DNA of 64,000 nucleotides from Steroidobacteraceae bacterium (lineage in GTDB: Bacteria; Pseudomonadota; Gammaproteobacteria; Steroidobacterales; Steroidobacteraceae). A model generated the notes under the pieces. That model was not told where the DNA came from. It was given only the letters and a program-made list of their open reading frames with translations, and made no database searches. The position numbers and the translations under genes were made by a program. Location of the stretch: contig DATBLN010000181.1 in the NCBI GenBank assembly GCA_036555345.1, positions 5,112 to 69,111 of the forward strand. Direction: 5' to 3'. Below, one piece after another: positions 40,663 to 50,252 of the stretch. Position 1 is the first letter of the stretch; each line of letters starts with the position of its first letter.

Positions 40663-41969
40663 AGGCGCCGCCCGTCCCGGAGACCGCGGAGATCGTCGCG
40701 CTCGACCACGAAGGGCGCGGGATCGCGCGCCTGGGCGGCAAGGCGGTGTTCGTGGACGGCGCGCTGCCGGGAGAGGAAGTGCGCCTGCTGCGCACGCGGC
40801 GCCGGCGCCGGCACGACGAGGCGCGCGTGATCGAGGTGCTGCGGCCGTCCGCAGATCGCGTGCCGCCGCGCTGCGCGCACTTCGGCGTCTGCGGCGGCTG
40901 CTCGCTGCAGCACCTCGCGCCCGAGGCGCAGCTCGCGGCGCGGACACGCATCGTCGCCGAGCAGCTCGAGCGCCTCGGAAACGTGCGCCCCGAGTGCTGG
41001 CTCGCGCCGCTCACCGGTCCCGCCTGGGCCTACCGGCGCCGCGCGCGGCTCGGTTGCCGCTTTGTCGAGCGCAAGGGGCGGGTGCTGGTGGGATTCCGGG
41101 AGCGGTCGAGCCCGCTGCTCGCCGACCTGCAGGGCTGCGACGTGCTGGCGGGGAATGCCGGGCGGCTCATCGCGCCGCTCGCGGCGCTGGTCGGCGGTCT
41201 CAGCATCATGCGTCGCGTGGCGCAGATCGAGGTCGCGGTCGCGGACAACGCGACCGCCCTCGTCCTGCGCGTGCTCGATGCCCCGACCGAGGCCGACCTC
41301 GGGGCGTTGCGCGCCTTCGAGGGCGTGCACGGCGTCGAGATCTACCTCCAGACCGGCGGCCTCGACACGGTCGCGCCGGTGTCGCCCCCGGCGACGCCCC
41401 TGCAATACGCGCTGCCCGGACTCCCCGCAGGCATCCGGTTCGCGCCGACCGATTTCATCCAGGTCAACGCCGCGATGAACGAGCGAATGGTGGCGCGCGC
41501 GCTCGAACTGCTGGCACCGCAGCCCGGGGACCGCGCGCTCGACCTGTTCTGCGGGCTCGGAAACTTCACGCTGCCGCTCGCATGCCGCGTGGCCGCGGTC
41601 ACGGGCGTGGAGGGCGATGCCGCGCTCGTCGCGCGCGCGCGGGAGAACGCCGCGCGCAATGGCATCGGCAACGCCGGATTCGTCGCCGCGGACCTGGCCG
41701 CGCCCGGTGCCGGGCCCTCCTGGGCCGGCCACTACGACCGGGTCCTGCTCGACCCCCCGCGGGCCGGCGCGCGCGAGGTGCTGCCGCTGATCGCCGCCGC
41801 GCGCCCGCGACGGATCGTCTACGTTTCCTGCGACGCCGCGACGCTCGCGCGCGATGCCGGCCTCCTGGTCGCGGAGCATGGATTCCGCCTCGCCGCAGCA
41901 GGCATCATGGACATGTTCCCGCACACGGCGCACGTCGAGTCCATCGCCCTGTTCGAGCCCGCCGCATGA
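40647..41969 (+). CDS. rlmD: 23S rRNA (uracil1939-C5)-methyltransferase RlmD
   Basis: ATG 40647 overlaps the upstream gene by 16 nt. It has a TRAM-like N-terminus, the Fe-S Cys cluster CAHFGVCGGCSLQH, a SAM-MTase domain (LDLFCGLGNFTLPLA), and the C-terminal DMFPHTAHVE. Confidence 0.88.
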   Translation: MAGGLKAPPVPETAEIVALDHEGRGIARLGGKAVFVDGALPGEEVRLLRTRRRRRHDEARVIEVLRPSADRVPPRCAHFGVCGGCSLQHLAPEAQLAARTRIVAEQLERLGNVRPECWLAPLTGPAWAYRRRARLGCRFVERKGRVLVGFRERSSPLLADLQGCDVLAGNAGRLIAPLAALVGGLSIMRRVAQIEVAVADNATALVLRVLDAPTEADLGALRAFEGVHGVEIYLQTGGLDTVAPVSPPATPLQYALPGLPAGIRFAPTDFIQVNAAMNERMVARALELLAPQPGDRALDLFCGLGNFTLPLACRVAAVTGVEGDAALVARARENAARNGIGNAGFVAADLAAPGAGPSWAGHYDRVLLDPPRAGAREVLPLIAAARPRRIVYVSCDAATLARDAGLLVAEHGFRLAAAGIMDMFPHTAHVESIALFEPAA

Positions 41970-42015
41970 GCATGGAGACCGAGCGCAGCTTCCTCGCGCG
42001 CCAGGAGCGGCGGCC

Positions 42016-43068
42016 GTGACGCTCGGGCCGGTCATGGCGGACGTCGCGGGCATCGCGCTCGAGCCCGAGGACCGCGAGCTGCTCGCGCACCCGCAGGTCG
42101 GCAGCGTGATCCTGTTCGCGCGCAACTTCGAGAGCGTCGCGCAGCTCACCCGCCTGGTCGCGGAGATCCACGCCATCCGCACGCCCGCGCTGCTGGTCGC
42201 CGTGGACCAGGAGGGCGGCCGGGTGCAGCGCTTTCGCGAGGGTTTCACGCGGCTGCCGCCCATGCGCGAGCTCGGCCGCCGCTACAGCGCGAGCCCGGCC
42301 GAGGGCGTCGCGCTCGCGCGCGAGCTGGGCTGGCTCATGGCGGCGGAGCTCCGTGCCGCGGGCGTCGACCTGTCGATCGCGCCCTGCGTGGACCTCGACT
42401 ACGGCGTGAGCCAGGCGATCGGCGACCGTGCGCTGCACGCCGATGCCGCCGCGGTCGCGGAGCTCGCGGTCGCCTACATGCTCGGCATGCGCGACGCGGG
42501 CATGGCCGCTACCGCGAAGCACTTTCCCGGGCACGGCGCGGTCGCCGCGGATTCGCACCTCGCACTGCCCGTGGACCGCCGCGAATGGGCGGACATCGAC
42601 GCCGACCTCGCGCCCTACCGCAGGCTCATGGCGAACGGACTGCCCGCCGTCATGGCCGCCCACGTCGTCTACCCGGAGGTGGATGCGCTGCCCGCCAGCC
42701 TCTCGCCGCGCTGGATCAACGGCATCCTGAGGGGCGGACTCGGCTTCCAGGGCGCGGTGTTCGCCGACGACCTGTCGATGGCGGGCGCGGCGTCGTTCGG
42801 CGACGTCAGGACGCGGGCGCAGCTCGCGCTCGCCGCCGGCTGCGACGTGCTCCCGGTCTGCAATGACCGGCCGGCCGTGATCCAGCTGCTCGAGTCCCTG
42901 CGCGCGCCCGCGAACCCGGTGAGCCGCATGCGCCTGGTCCGGCTGCACGGCCGCGACGGCCTGCATGCCGGGCTCGCGCAGGATCCGCGGTGGCAGGCGG
43001 CAGTGGCGGCGGCCCGCGACTGCGTCGAGCGTCCGGTGCTGCGCCTCGAAGGCGGCCGGCCGGCGTAG
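42016..43068 (+). CDS. nagZ: beta-N-acetylhexosaminidase (peptidoglycan recycling)
   Basis: VAVDQEGGRVQRF and KHFPGHG are present. The start is GTG 42016 or ATG 42034. Confidence 0.9.
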   Translation: MTLGPVMADVAGIALEPEDRELLAHPQVGSVILFARNFESVAQLTRLVAEIHAIRTPALLVAVDQEGGRVQRFREGFTRLPPMRELGRRYSASPAEGVALARELGWLMAAELRAAGVDLSIAPCVDLDYGVSQAIGDRALHADAAAVAELAVAYMLGMRDAGMAATAKHFPGHGAVAADSHLALPVDRREWADIDADLAPYRRLMANGLPAVMAAHVVYPEVDALPASLSPRWINGILRGGLGFQGAVFADDLSMAGAASFGDVRTRAQLALAAGCDVLPVCNDRPAVIQLLESLRAPANPVSRMRLVRLHGRDGLHAGLAQDPRWQAAVAAARDCVERPVLRLEGGRPA

Positions 43069-43090
43069 ACGGCGCGGCCGCGGGCGGCGC

Positions 43091-46000
43091 TCAGCCGGCG
43101 AGGGCCGCGATCAGCCTCTCGGCGCAGGCGATCCGCGCTGCCTCGTCGGGCGCATCGATTTTCGCGCGCAGGCGTTGCTGGCCGTCCAGCCGGCAGCCGG
43201 GATCCTGCTGCAGCAGCCGCACCACGCGCCCGGGATCCACGCGGTGCGAGGCGCCGAACTCGACGGCGGCGGCGTGCGCGCCCACTTCCAGGCGCCGGAT
43301 CCCGAGCGCGCTCGCCGCGAGGCGCAGGCGATGCACCTGGAAGAGCGTGCGCGCGGGCGGCGGCAGGGGCCCGAAGCGGTCGACCATCTCTGCCTGCAGG
43401 TCGTCGAGCCGCGTCTGGTCGGGAGCGCCGGCCAGGCGCTTGTAGAGCTGCAGCCGCAGGTGCACGTCCGGCATGTAGTCCTCGGGCAGGAGCGCGGGCA
43501 GCTGCAGGTCGATCTCGCAGCCCGCGTGCAGGGGACCGGCAAGGTCCGGCTCGCGGCCGTGGCGCAGCGCGTCCACGGCGCGCTCGAGCAGTTCCAGGTA
43601 CAGGCCGATGCCGATCTCCTGGATCTGGCCGCTCTGCTCCTCGCCGAGCAGCTCGCCGGCGCCGCGGATCTCGAGGTCGTGGGTCGCGAGCGTGAAGCCG
43701 GCGCCCAGGTCCTCCAGCGACTCGATGGCCTCCAGGCGTTTCTGCGCGTCCGCCGGCAGCGCGGAGGCCGGCGGCGCCAGCAGGTAGGCCCAGGCCCGGT
43801 GGTGCGACCGGCCGACGCGGCCGCGCAGCTGGTGCAACTGGGCGAGGCCGAAGCGGTCGGCGCGATCGATCAGGATGGTATTGGCGGTCGGCACGTCGAT
43901 GCCGGATTCGATGATGGTCGTGCACACGAGCACCTGGAACCGCCGGTGGTAGAAATCGAGCATGAGCCGCTCCAGGTCGCGCTCGCGCATCTGGCCGTGG
44001 CCCACGCGTACGGTCGCCTCCGGCACCAGGCGCTGCAGCCGCGCAGCGAAGGCGTCGATGTCCTCGACGGCGTTGTGGACCGCGTAGACCTGTCCGCCGC
44101 GGCGGATCTCGCGCAGGCAGGCCTCGCGCACCAGCGTGTCGCTCCACTCGGTGACGAAGGTCTCGATGGCGACCCGCTCGGCCGGAGGCGTCGTCATGAG
44201 CGACAGGTCGCGCAGCCCGCCGAGCGCCATGTTGAGGGTGCGCGGGATCGGCGTCGCGGTCAGCGTCAGCGTGTCCACGTCCGCGCGCAGCTGCCGCAGG
44301 CGCTCCTTGTGGCCGACGCCGAAGCGGTGCTCCTCGTCGACGATCACGAGCCCGAGGTCGCGGAAGGCGACGTCGCGCTGCAGCAGGCGGTGCGTGCCGA
44401 TGACGATGTCCACGCGGCCGGCGGCGAGGCCCGCGATCACCGCCTTCTGCTCGGCCGCCGTGCGGAAGCGCGACAGGTTCTCGACCCGCACCGGCCAGTC
44501 CGCGAAGCGGTCGGCGAAGGTCTGCGCATGCTGCTGGGCGAGCAGCGTGGTCGGCACGAGCACCGCCACCTGGCGGCCGGCGCTGGTCGCGGCGAACGCC
44601 GCGCGCAGCGCCACTTCCGTCTTGCCGAAGCCGACGTCGCCGCAGACCACGCGATCCATCGGCTTGCCGGAGCGCATGTCGGCGAGCACCGCCTCGATCG
44701 CATCCTGCTGGTCCACGGTCTCCTCGAACGGGAAGGCGCCCGCGAAGGCGCGGTAGGCCGCCTCGTCGAAGGCCGCGCTGCGGCCCTGGCGGGCCGCGCG
44801 ACGCGAATAGAGGTCGAGCAGCTCGGCCGCCACGTCGCGCACCCGCTCCGCGGCGCGGCGCCTGGCGCGCGCCCACTGGTCGGTGCCGAGGCGGTGCCAC
44901 GGCGCCGCTTCCGGCGAGCCGCCGGTGTAGCGCGTGACGCGGTCGAGCGCGTGCACCGGCACGTACAGCAGGTCGCCGCCCGCGTACTCGAGGACGAGGA
45001 ACTCGGCAGGCTGCCCGGCGACGGTCATGACGCGCAGGCCCCGGTAGCGGCCGACGCCGTACTCCTCGTGCACCACCGGCGCGGCGGGCGCGAGCGCGGC
45101 GAGTTCGCGCAGGATCGCGTCGGGATCGCGCTCGGCCCGGCGCCGGCGCCGTTCCTGCCGCGCCCGCTCGCCGAACAGCTGGTCCTCCGCGACCAGCGCG
45201 AGCCGGCGCGCGGGCAGCAGCAGGCCGCGCACATCGGCGGCGGTCGCGACCGCCAGCGGCTCCGCGCCGTGCGCGAACCCGCCCCAGCCCGGCGCCACGG
45301 CCGGGTCCAGGGACTGGCGCCGCATCAGCCCGAGCAGCACTTCGCGCCGTCCCGGGGAATCCGCGCCGACGAGGACGCGGCCATCGAACCGTGCGAGGAA
45401 ATCCGCCAGTGCCGCGAGCGGCAGCGCCGCGCGGGTATCGGCGCGCAGGTCCGGCGGGGGCTCCGTTCCGGCGTTGACGAATGGCGTGGCGGCTGCGATC
45501 GGTTCGACCTTCACCGTGCTGACCTGCACGCGGGGGCGGCCCTCGAGCGCGTCCAGCGCGACGCGGGCATCCACGAACGCGTCCACCGGGGGCAGCAGCG
45601 GCCGCTGCCGGTCGTGTCGCATCTGCTCGTGCCGCTCCATGATGTCCGCCCACGCCCCCGGCAGCGTCCGTTCAACCCCTGCCAGGTCGACGATCACGGT
45701 GCCCGGCGGCAGGTGGTCGGTCAGCGCAGTCGTCCGCGGGAAGAAGAACGGCAGCCAAGCCTCGATGCCTGCCGGCATGATGCCGTCGCTCACGGAACGG
45801 TAGACGGGGCAGGCCTGCGGGTCGCCCTCGAACCGCTCGCGCCAGCGCGTGCGGAACGCGGCGATGGCCTCCGCGGACGCGGAGAACTCCCGTGCGGGCA
45901 GCAGCGTGACTGCGTCGTGCTTCGCCGCCGAGCGCTGGTCGGCGGGGTCGAAGGCGCGGATGCTCTCGATCACGTCGTCGAACAGGTCGAGGCGGAACGG

Positions 46001-46546
46001 TTGCGCCGCGCCGGCCGGAAACACGTCGAGCACCGAACCGCGCACGGCGAACTCTCCCGGCGACAGGACCTGCGTGACGTGCGCGAAGCCGGCATCCGTC
46101 AGCCGGCGGCGCAGGGCGGGCAGGTCGAGGCGCTGTCCGGTCTTCAGGTCGAAGGCATGCCCGGCGAGGAATTCGGGCGGCGGGAGCCGGTCGAGCAATG
46201 CCGCCGCGGTCGTGACGACCATGCCCCGGCCGAGCAGCGGCAGCGCGGCCAGCGTGCGCAGCCGCTGCGACACGATGTCGGGGTGCGGCGAGAACGGGTC
46301 GTAGGGCAGGACTTCGCGGTCCGGGAACGGCAGCAGCGCCAGCTCCGGCGCGGCGAAGAAACCGGCCTCGGCCAGGAACTGGTCCGCTTCGCGGCCGGTC
46401 GTCGCGACGACGAGCACGGGCGCGGCGGCGTCGGCGGCGGCCTCGGCCAGCAGACAGGCGGCGCTCGCGCCGTACAGCTCCCCGATTCGGAGCACGCCGG
46501 CGGTCGGCAGCCGGATGGCGGCGGTGGGATCGAAGGTCATCGGCAT
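43091..46546 (-). CDS. mfd: transcription-repair coupling factor
   Basis: 1151 aa. The helicase motifs are CGDVGFGKTEVALRAA, DEEHRFGV and QLHQLRGRVGR, with a UvrB-homology N-terminus. Confidence 0.96.
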   Translation of the reverse strand: MPMTFDPTAAIRLPTAGVLRIGELYGASAACLLAEAAADAAAPVLVVATTGREADQFLAEAGFFAAPELALLPFPDREVLPYDPFSPHPDIVSQRLRTLAALPLLGRGMVVTTAAALLDRLPPPEFLAGHAFDLKTGQRLDLPALRRRLTDAGFAHVTQVLSPGEFAVRGSVLDVFPAGAAQPFRLDLFDDVIESIRAFDPADQRSAAKHDAVTLLPAREFSASAEAIAAFRTRWRERFEGDPQACPVYRSVSDGIMPAGIEAWLPFFFPRTTALTDHLPPGTVIVDLAGVERTLPGAWADIMERHEQMRHDRQRPLLPPVDAFVDARVALDALEGRPRVQVSTVKVEPIAAATPFVNAGTEPPPDLRADTRAALPLAALADFLARFDGRVLVGADSPGRREVLLGLMRRQSLDPAVAPGWGGFAHGAEPLAVATAADVRGLLLPARRLALVAEDQLFGERARQERRRRRAERDPDAILRELAALAPAAPVVHEEYGVGRYRGLRVMTVAGQPAEFLVLEYAGGDLLYVPVHALDRVTRYTGGSPEAAPWHRLGTDQWARARRRAAERVRDVAAELLDLYSRRAARQGRSAAFDEAAYRAFAGAFPFEETVDQQDAIEAVLADMRSGKPMDRVVCGDVGFGKTEVALRAAFAATSAGRQVAVLVPTTLLAQQHAQTFADRFADWPVRVENLSRFRTAAEQKAVIAGLAAGRVDIVIGTHRLLQRDVAFRDLGLVIVDEEHRFGVGHKERLRQLRADVDTLTLTATPIPRTLNMALGGLRDLSLMTTPPAERVAIETFVTEWSDTLVREACLREIRRGGQVYAVHNAVEDIDAFAARLQRLVPEATVRVGHGQMRERDLERLMLDFYHRRFQVLVCTTIIESGIDVPTANTILIDRADRFGLAQLHQLRGRVGRSHHRAWAYLLAPPASALPADAQKRLEAIESLEDLGAGFTLATHDLEIRGAGELLGEEQSGQIQEIGIGLYLELLERAVDALRHGREPDLAGPLHAGCEIDLQLPALLPEDYMPDVHLRLQLYKRLAGAPDQTRLDDLQAEMVDRFGPLPPPARTLFQVHRLRLAASALGIRRLEVGAHAAAVEFGASHRVDPGRVVRLLQQDPGCRLDGQQRLRAKIDAPDEAARIACAERLIAALAG

Positions 46547-46628
46547 CCTGCAGGCACAAGACCCCGTTCCGGGCGAGCCCGGCGAGGTCAGGTGTCGCAG
46601 GATACCCGCGCGCGCGGCGCAGGCAATG

Positions 46629-46916
46629 TCAGCCCGCGGGGGCGCCCTTCACGAGCACCGCATGCAGCACGCGGTCGTGCTCGAAGTACACCGAGAACTG
46701 CGGGTAGTCCCAGCGCGTGATCGGCGGATTTCCGACCGCGTCGTGACGCGAGGTCGGTTCGCCGTAGCGTCCCTGCACCGCGGCCATCGTGCTGCCGCGC
46801 GCGGGCCGGTCCGCCGTGGCGGATTCGGAGGTCGCCATGCCGAGCGTCTGGGCATGGGCCGGGGTGGTCACGGCGAGCGCGAGCCACAGCAAAGTGCGTA
46901 CGATAGGCATCGTCAT
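46629..46916 (-). CDS. hypothetical small secreted protein
   Basis: 95 aa with a signal peptide (MTMPIVRTLLWLALAVTTPAHA|Q). No family is recognised by eye. It sits between the mfd start and the divergent lolC. Confidence 0.55.
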   Translation of the reverse strand: MTMPIVRTLLWLALAVTTPAHAQTLGMATSESATADRPARGSTMAAVQGRYGEPTSRHDAVGNPPITRWDYPQFSVYFEHDRVLHAVLVKGAPAG

Positions 46917-47011
46917 TCCTCCGCCGGCGAGTGTAGCATCGGGTCCGAACCTATCGAGATTGCCCCCCTAAATCCTTGATAGGCATCCCGAAATCGCATG
47001 AATAATCCCCC

Positions 47012-48247
47012 ATGCTGACCCCCCTGCCGCTGGGCCTCGGCCTGCGCTACGTGCGCGCCCGGCAGCACCCGTACTTCGTGTCGTTCATCAGCTGGGTGTC
47101 GCTGGCGGGGGTCACCCTGGGCGTCGCCGCGCTGATCACGATCCTGTCGGTGATGAACGGGTTCGAAGGGGAACTGCGCGGCCGCCTGCTGGCGCTCGCG
47201 GCGCATGCGACGGTGCCTGCCGCGGCGGTTCCGCGGGATCTCGACGCGCTCGCGGCCCGGGCCCGCGGCGTGGCGGGCGTGGTCCGCGCGGAGGCCTTTG
47301 CGGAGGTGCAGGGGCTGCTGACGACCGGCCCGATGTACGCCGGCGCGGCGGTGCGCGGCATCGACCCGGCCGACCACGGGCCGGGCACGACGCTCGCGGC
47401 GGCGATGCAGCAGGGCAGCGTCGCGGCCCTCGCGCCCGGCAGCCGCCGGATGATCCTCGGCCGGGCGCTGGCGCTGCAGCTCGGGGCCGCCATCGGCGAC
47501 GAGGTGACGCTGCTCCTGCTCGCCACGGGCGCGGACGGGGAACTCACGCCGCGCATCGGCGCCTTCGAGGTCGCGGGCCTCTTCGAGATGGGACTCGCGG
47601 ACCACGATGCGGCGCTCGCATTCGCCGCCCTCGAGGACGTTGCCGCGATGGCGGGCGCCGCCGCGCCCGCCGGGGTCCTGCTGTGGTTCCGGGACCCGTT
47701 CGAGTCGCCGCGCCTGGGTGCGGCCGCCGCGGCCGCGCTCGGGACGGCGCCGGCCCGCGACTGGACGGTCGAGCATGCGGCGTATTTCCGCGCGATCCGC
47801 ATCGAGAAGACGATGATGACCGTGATCCTGCTGCTGATCGTGTCGGTGGCCGCCTTCAACATCGTGTCGAGCCTCGTCATGGTGGTCACGAACAAGCGCA
47901 ACGACATCGCGATCCTGCGCACGCTCGGGCTCACGCGCACGGGCGTCGTGGGCACCTTCATCGTCCAGGGAACGGTGATCGGCTGGGTCGGCGCGCTGGC
48001 CGGCACCGCGCTCGGCGTCCTGCTGGCCACCCACGTCGATGCGGTGGCGGGCGCCCTCCAGCAGCTGTTCGGGTTCGAGATCTTCGACAGCGACGTCTAC
48101 TACATCACGCAGATCCCCTCGGAGCTCAGGCTGCAGGACGTGCTGCTGGTCGCGGGCGCGGCCTTCGGGCTCACGCTGCTCGCGACGGTTTACCCGGCGC
48201 GGCGCGCGGCCGCGACCGAGCCGGCGGAGGCGCTGCGGTATGAGTAG
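47012..48247 (+). CDS. lolC: lipoprotein-releasing ABC transporter permease, LolC/LolE family (copy 1)
   Basis: 411 aa. LGLRYVRARQHPYFVSFISWVSLAGVTLGVAALI and the FtsX-type C-terminal domain are present. The C versus E assignment rests on order only. Confidence 0.85.
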   Translation: MLTPLPLGLGLRYVRARQHPYFVSFISWVSLAGVTLGVAALITILSVMNGFEGELRGRLLALAAHATVPAAAVPRDLDALAARARGVAGVVRAEAFAEVQGLLTTGPMYAGAAVRGIDPADHGPGTTLAAAMQQGSVAALAPGSRRMILGRALALQLGAAIGDEVTLLLLATGADGELTPRIGAFEVAGLFEMGLADHDAALAFAALEDVAAMAGAAAPAGVLLWFRDPFESPRLGAAAAAALGTAPARDWTVEHAAYFRAIRIEKTMMTVILLLIVSVAAFNIVSSLVMVVTNKRNDIAILRTLGLTRTGVVGTFIVQGTVIGWVGALAGTALGVLLATHVDAVAGALQQLFGFEIFDSDVYYITQIPSELRLQDVLLVAGAAFGLTLLATVYPARRAAATEPAEALRYE

Positions 48248-49493
48248 CGGCGGCTGGACCTGGTGGATCGGCCTGCGCTACCTGCGTGCCCGTCGCGAGA
48301 ACCGCTTCGTCGGTTTCATCTCCGGCATCTCGATGGCCGGGATCGCGTTGGGCGTCGCGACGCTGATCGCGGTGCTCTCGGTCATGAACGGCTTCGAGCG
48401 GGACCTGCAACAGCGGATTCTCGACGTGGTCGCGCACGCGACGCTCGAGGGCGAGGATGGCCGCCTCCGGGACTGGCGCGCGGCGAGGCAGCGCACGGAA
48501 GGCCAGCCTGGCGTCACCGGCGTCGCGCCCTTCGTCGAGGGTCGCGGCATGCTGGTGAAGGGGGAGCGCTCCGCGGCCGTGGAACTGCGCGGCGTGCTGC
48601 CCGCGGAGGAGCCGGGCGTCTCGGCGCTGCACCGGCACCTGTCCGGGGAAGGGCTCGCCGCGCTGGAAGCGGGCGCCTGGCGCATCCTGCTCGGTCGCGG
48701 GATCGCCGAAAGGCTGGGCGCCGGCGTCGGCGACGGCGTGCTGGTCGTGATCGCGCAGGGCAACGTGACGCCGGCGGGCGTCGCACCACGCATGCGGCGG
48801 TTCACGGTCGCCGGGTTCATCGACGCCGGCATGTACGAATACGACCAGGGCCTCGCGGTGCTGCACCTCGGTGACGCACAGAGGCTGTACCGGCTCGGTG
48901 ATGCGGTGACCGGATTGCGTTACGCGTTTGCGGACGCGGGCACGGCCCCGCGGCGCATCCGCGAACTCGCCGAGGGACTGGGCGGCGCCTATCTGGTCAG
49001 CGACTGGACGCGCCGGCACGGCAACTTTTTCCGTTCCATCCAGGTGACCAAGTCCATCATGTTCGTGGTGCTGTCGCTGGTGGTCGCCGTGGCGGCCTTC
49101 AACATCGTGTCGACGCTCGTGATGGTGGTGCAGGAGAAGCGGGCCGACATCGCGATCCTGCGAACCCTCGGCGGTTCCCCCGCGGACATGCTGCGCGTGT
49201 TCGCGACCCAGGGAACGGTGATCGGCGTCGCCGGCACCGCGGCCGGGGTCGGCCTGGGACTCCTCATCGCGCGGAACATCACGGCGGTCGTGGGCGGGCT
49301 CGAGCGGATATCCGGCATGACGCTCGTGGACCCGCAGGTGTACTTCATTTCCGAGCTGCCTGCGGACGTGCAGGCGGGCGACGTGCTGCTGGTCGCGGGC
49401 ACGGCGCTCCTGCTCGGCGTCCTGGCGACGCTCTATCCTGCCCTCAGGGCCGCAGCCACGCAGCCCGCCGAAGCGCTGCGCCACGAGGTGTAG
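48240..49493 (+). CDS. lolE: lipoprotein-releasing ABC transporter permease, LolC/LolE family (copy 2)
   Basis: ATG 48240 overlaps the copy 1 stop by 8 nt. It is a paralogue of copy 1 (IGLRYLRARRENRFVGFISGISMAGIALGVATLI). The C versus E assignment rests on order only. Confidence 0.85.
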   Translation: MSSGGWTWWIGLRYLRARRENRFVGFISGISMAGIALGVATLIAVLSVMNGFERDLQQRILDVVAHATLEGEDGRLRDWRAARQRTEGQPGVTGVAPFVEGRGMLVKGERSAAVELRGVLPAEEPGVSALHRHLSGEGLAALEAGAWRILLGRGIAERLGAGVGDGVLVVIAQGNVTPAGVAPRMRRFTVAGFIDAGMYEYDQGLAVLHLGDAQRLYRLGDAVTGLRYAFADAGTAPRRIRELAEGLGGAYLVSDWTRRHGNFFRSIQVTKSIMFVVLSLVVAVAAFNIVSTLVMVVQEKRADIAILRTLGGSPADMLRVFATQGTVIGVAGTAAGVGLGLLIARNITAVVGGLERISGMTLVDPQVYFISELPADVQAGDVLLVAGTALLLGVLATLYPALRAAATQPAEALRHEV

Positions 49494-50189
49494 GTGGACA
49501 CGAAGGAAGCCGCGGTGCTGGCCTGCGAGGGCCTGGTCAAGGAGTTCCGCCAGGGACCGGCGATCGTGCGCGTGCTGTCCGGCGTGCAGGCGTCGATCCG
49601 CCGCGGCGAGCGCACCGCGGTGGTCGGCGCCTCGGGTTCCGGCAAGACCACGCTGCTGCAGCTCCTGGGCGGGCTCGACCTGCCGACGGCGGGCAGGGTC
49701 CTCATCGACGGCCGCGAGATGTCGGCGCTGCCCGATGCCGAGCGCGGCCGGCTGCGCAACCGGGCGATGGGATTCGTCTACCAGTTTCACCACCTGCTGC
49801 CCGAGTTCAGCGCGCTCGAGAACGTGGCCATGCCGCTCCTGATCCGGCGCATGCCGCAGGCCGAGGCCCGCCGGCAGGCAGCGGAGCTCCTGGCGCGCGT
49901 CGGGCTGCGTGATCGCCTGACGCACCGGCCCGCCCAGCTCTCGGGCGGCGAACGCCAGCGCGCCGCGGTCGCCCGCGCGCTCGTCACGCGGCCGCGCATC
50001 GTGCTGGCCGACGAACCGACCGGCAACCTCGACGGGGCCCACGCCAGGCAGGTGTTCGAGCTCATGCTCGAGCTCAACCGCGAGCTCGGCACCAGCCTCG
50101 TGATCGTGACGCACGACCACGCGCTCGCGTCCCGGATGGATCGCGTGCTGGTGCTCGAGGACGGGATTCTGCGCGAATCCGCAGGCTGA
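49494..50189 (+). CDS. lolD: lipoprotein-releasing system ATP-binding protein LolD
   Basis: GTG lies directly after the upstream TAG. Walker A is [11 protein letters not shown], the signature is [15 protein letters not shown], and Walker B is [12 protein letters not shown]. Confidence 0.92.
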   Translation: MDTKEAAVLACEGLVKEFRQGPAIVRVLSGVQASIRRGERTAVVGASGSGKTTLLQLLGGLDLPTAGRVLIDGREMSALPDAERGRLRNRAMGFVYQFHHLLPEFSALENVAMPLLIRRMPQAEARRQAAELLARVGLRDRLTHRPAQLSGGERQRAAVARALVTRPRIVLADEPTGNLDGAHARQVFELMLELNRELGTSLVIVTHDHALASRMDRVLVLEDGILRESAG

Positions 50190-50252
50190 GGGCCTGGTCG
50201 CCGGCCCCTGGCCGGGCCAGTCTGGCGCGTCCGTTGCCGCCAGTCCGCGACC

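Noticed and set aside
43069-43090. Palindrome CGCGGCCGCG between the convergent nagZ and mfd as a bidirectional terminator
   Set aside because: It is a loop-less 10-nt palindrome with no flanking T or A run, so it is not a credible intrinsic terminator. The same is true of the 5-6-bp GC stems at 4678-4699 and 50201-50215.
42669-46720. 994-aa (-) and 1251-aa (+) ORFs overlapping mfd
   Set aside because: They are out of frame with or antisense to a 1151-aa Mfd that has all helicase motifs. Their composition is low-complexity Arg/Ala/Gly/Pro.
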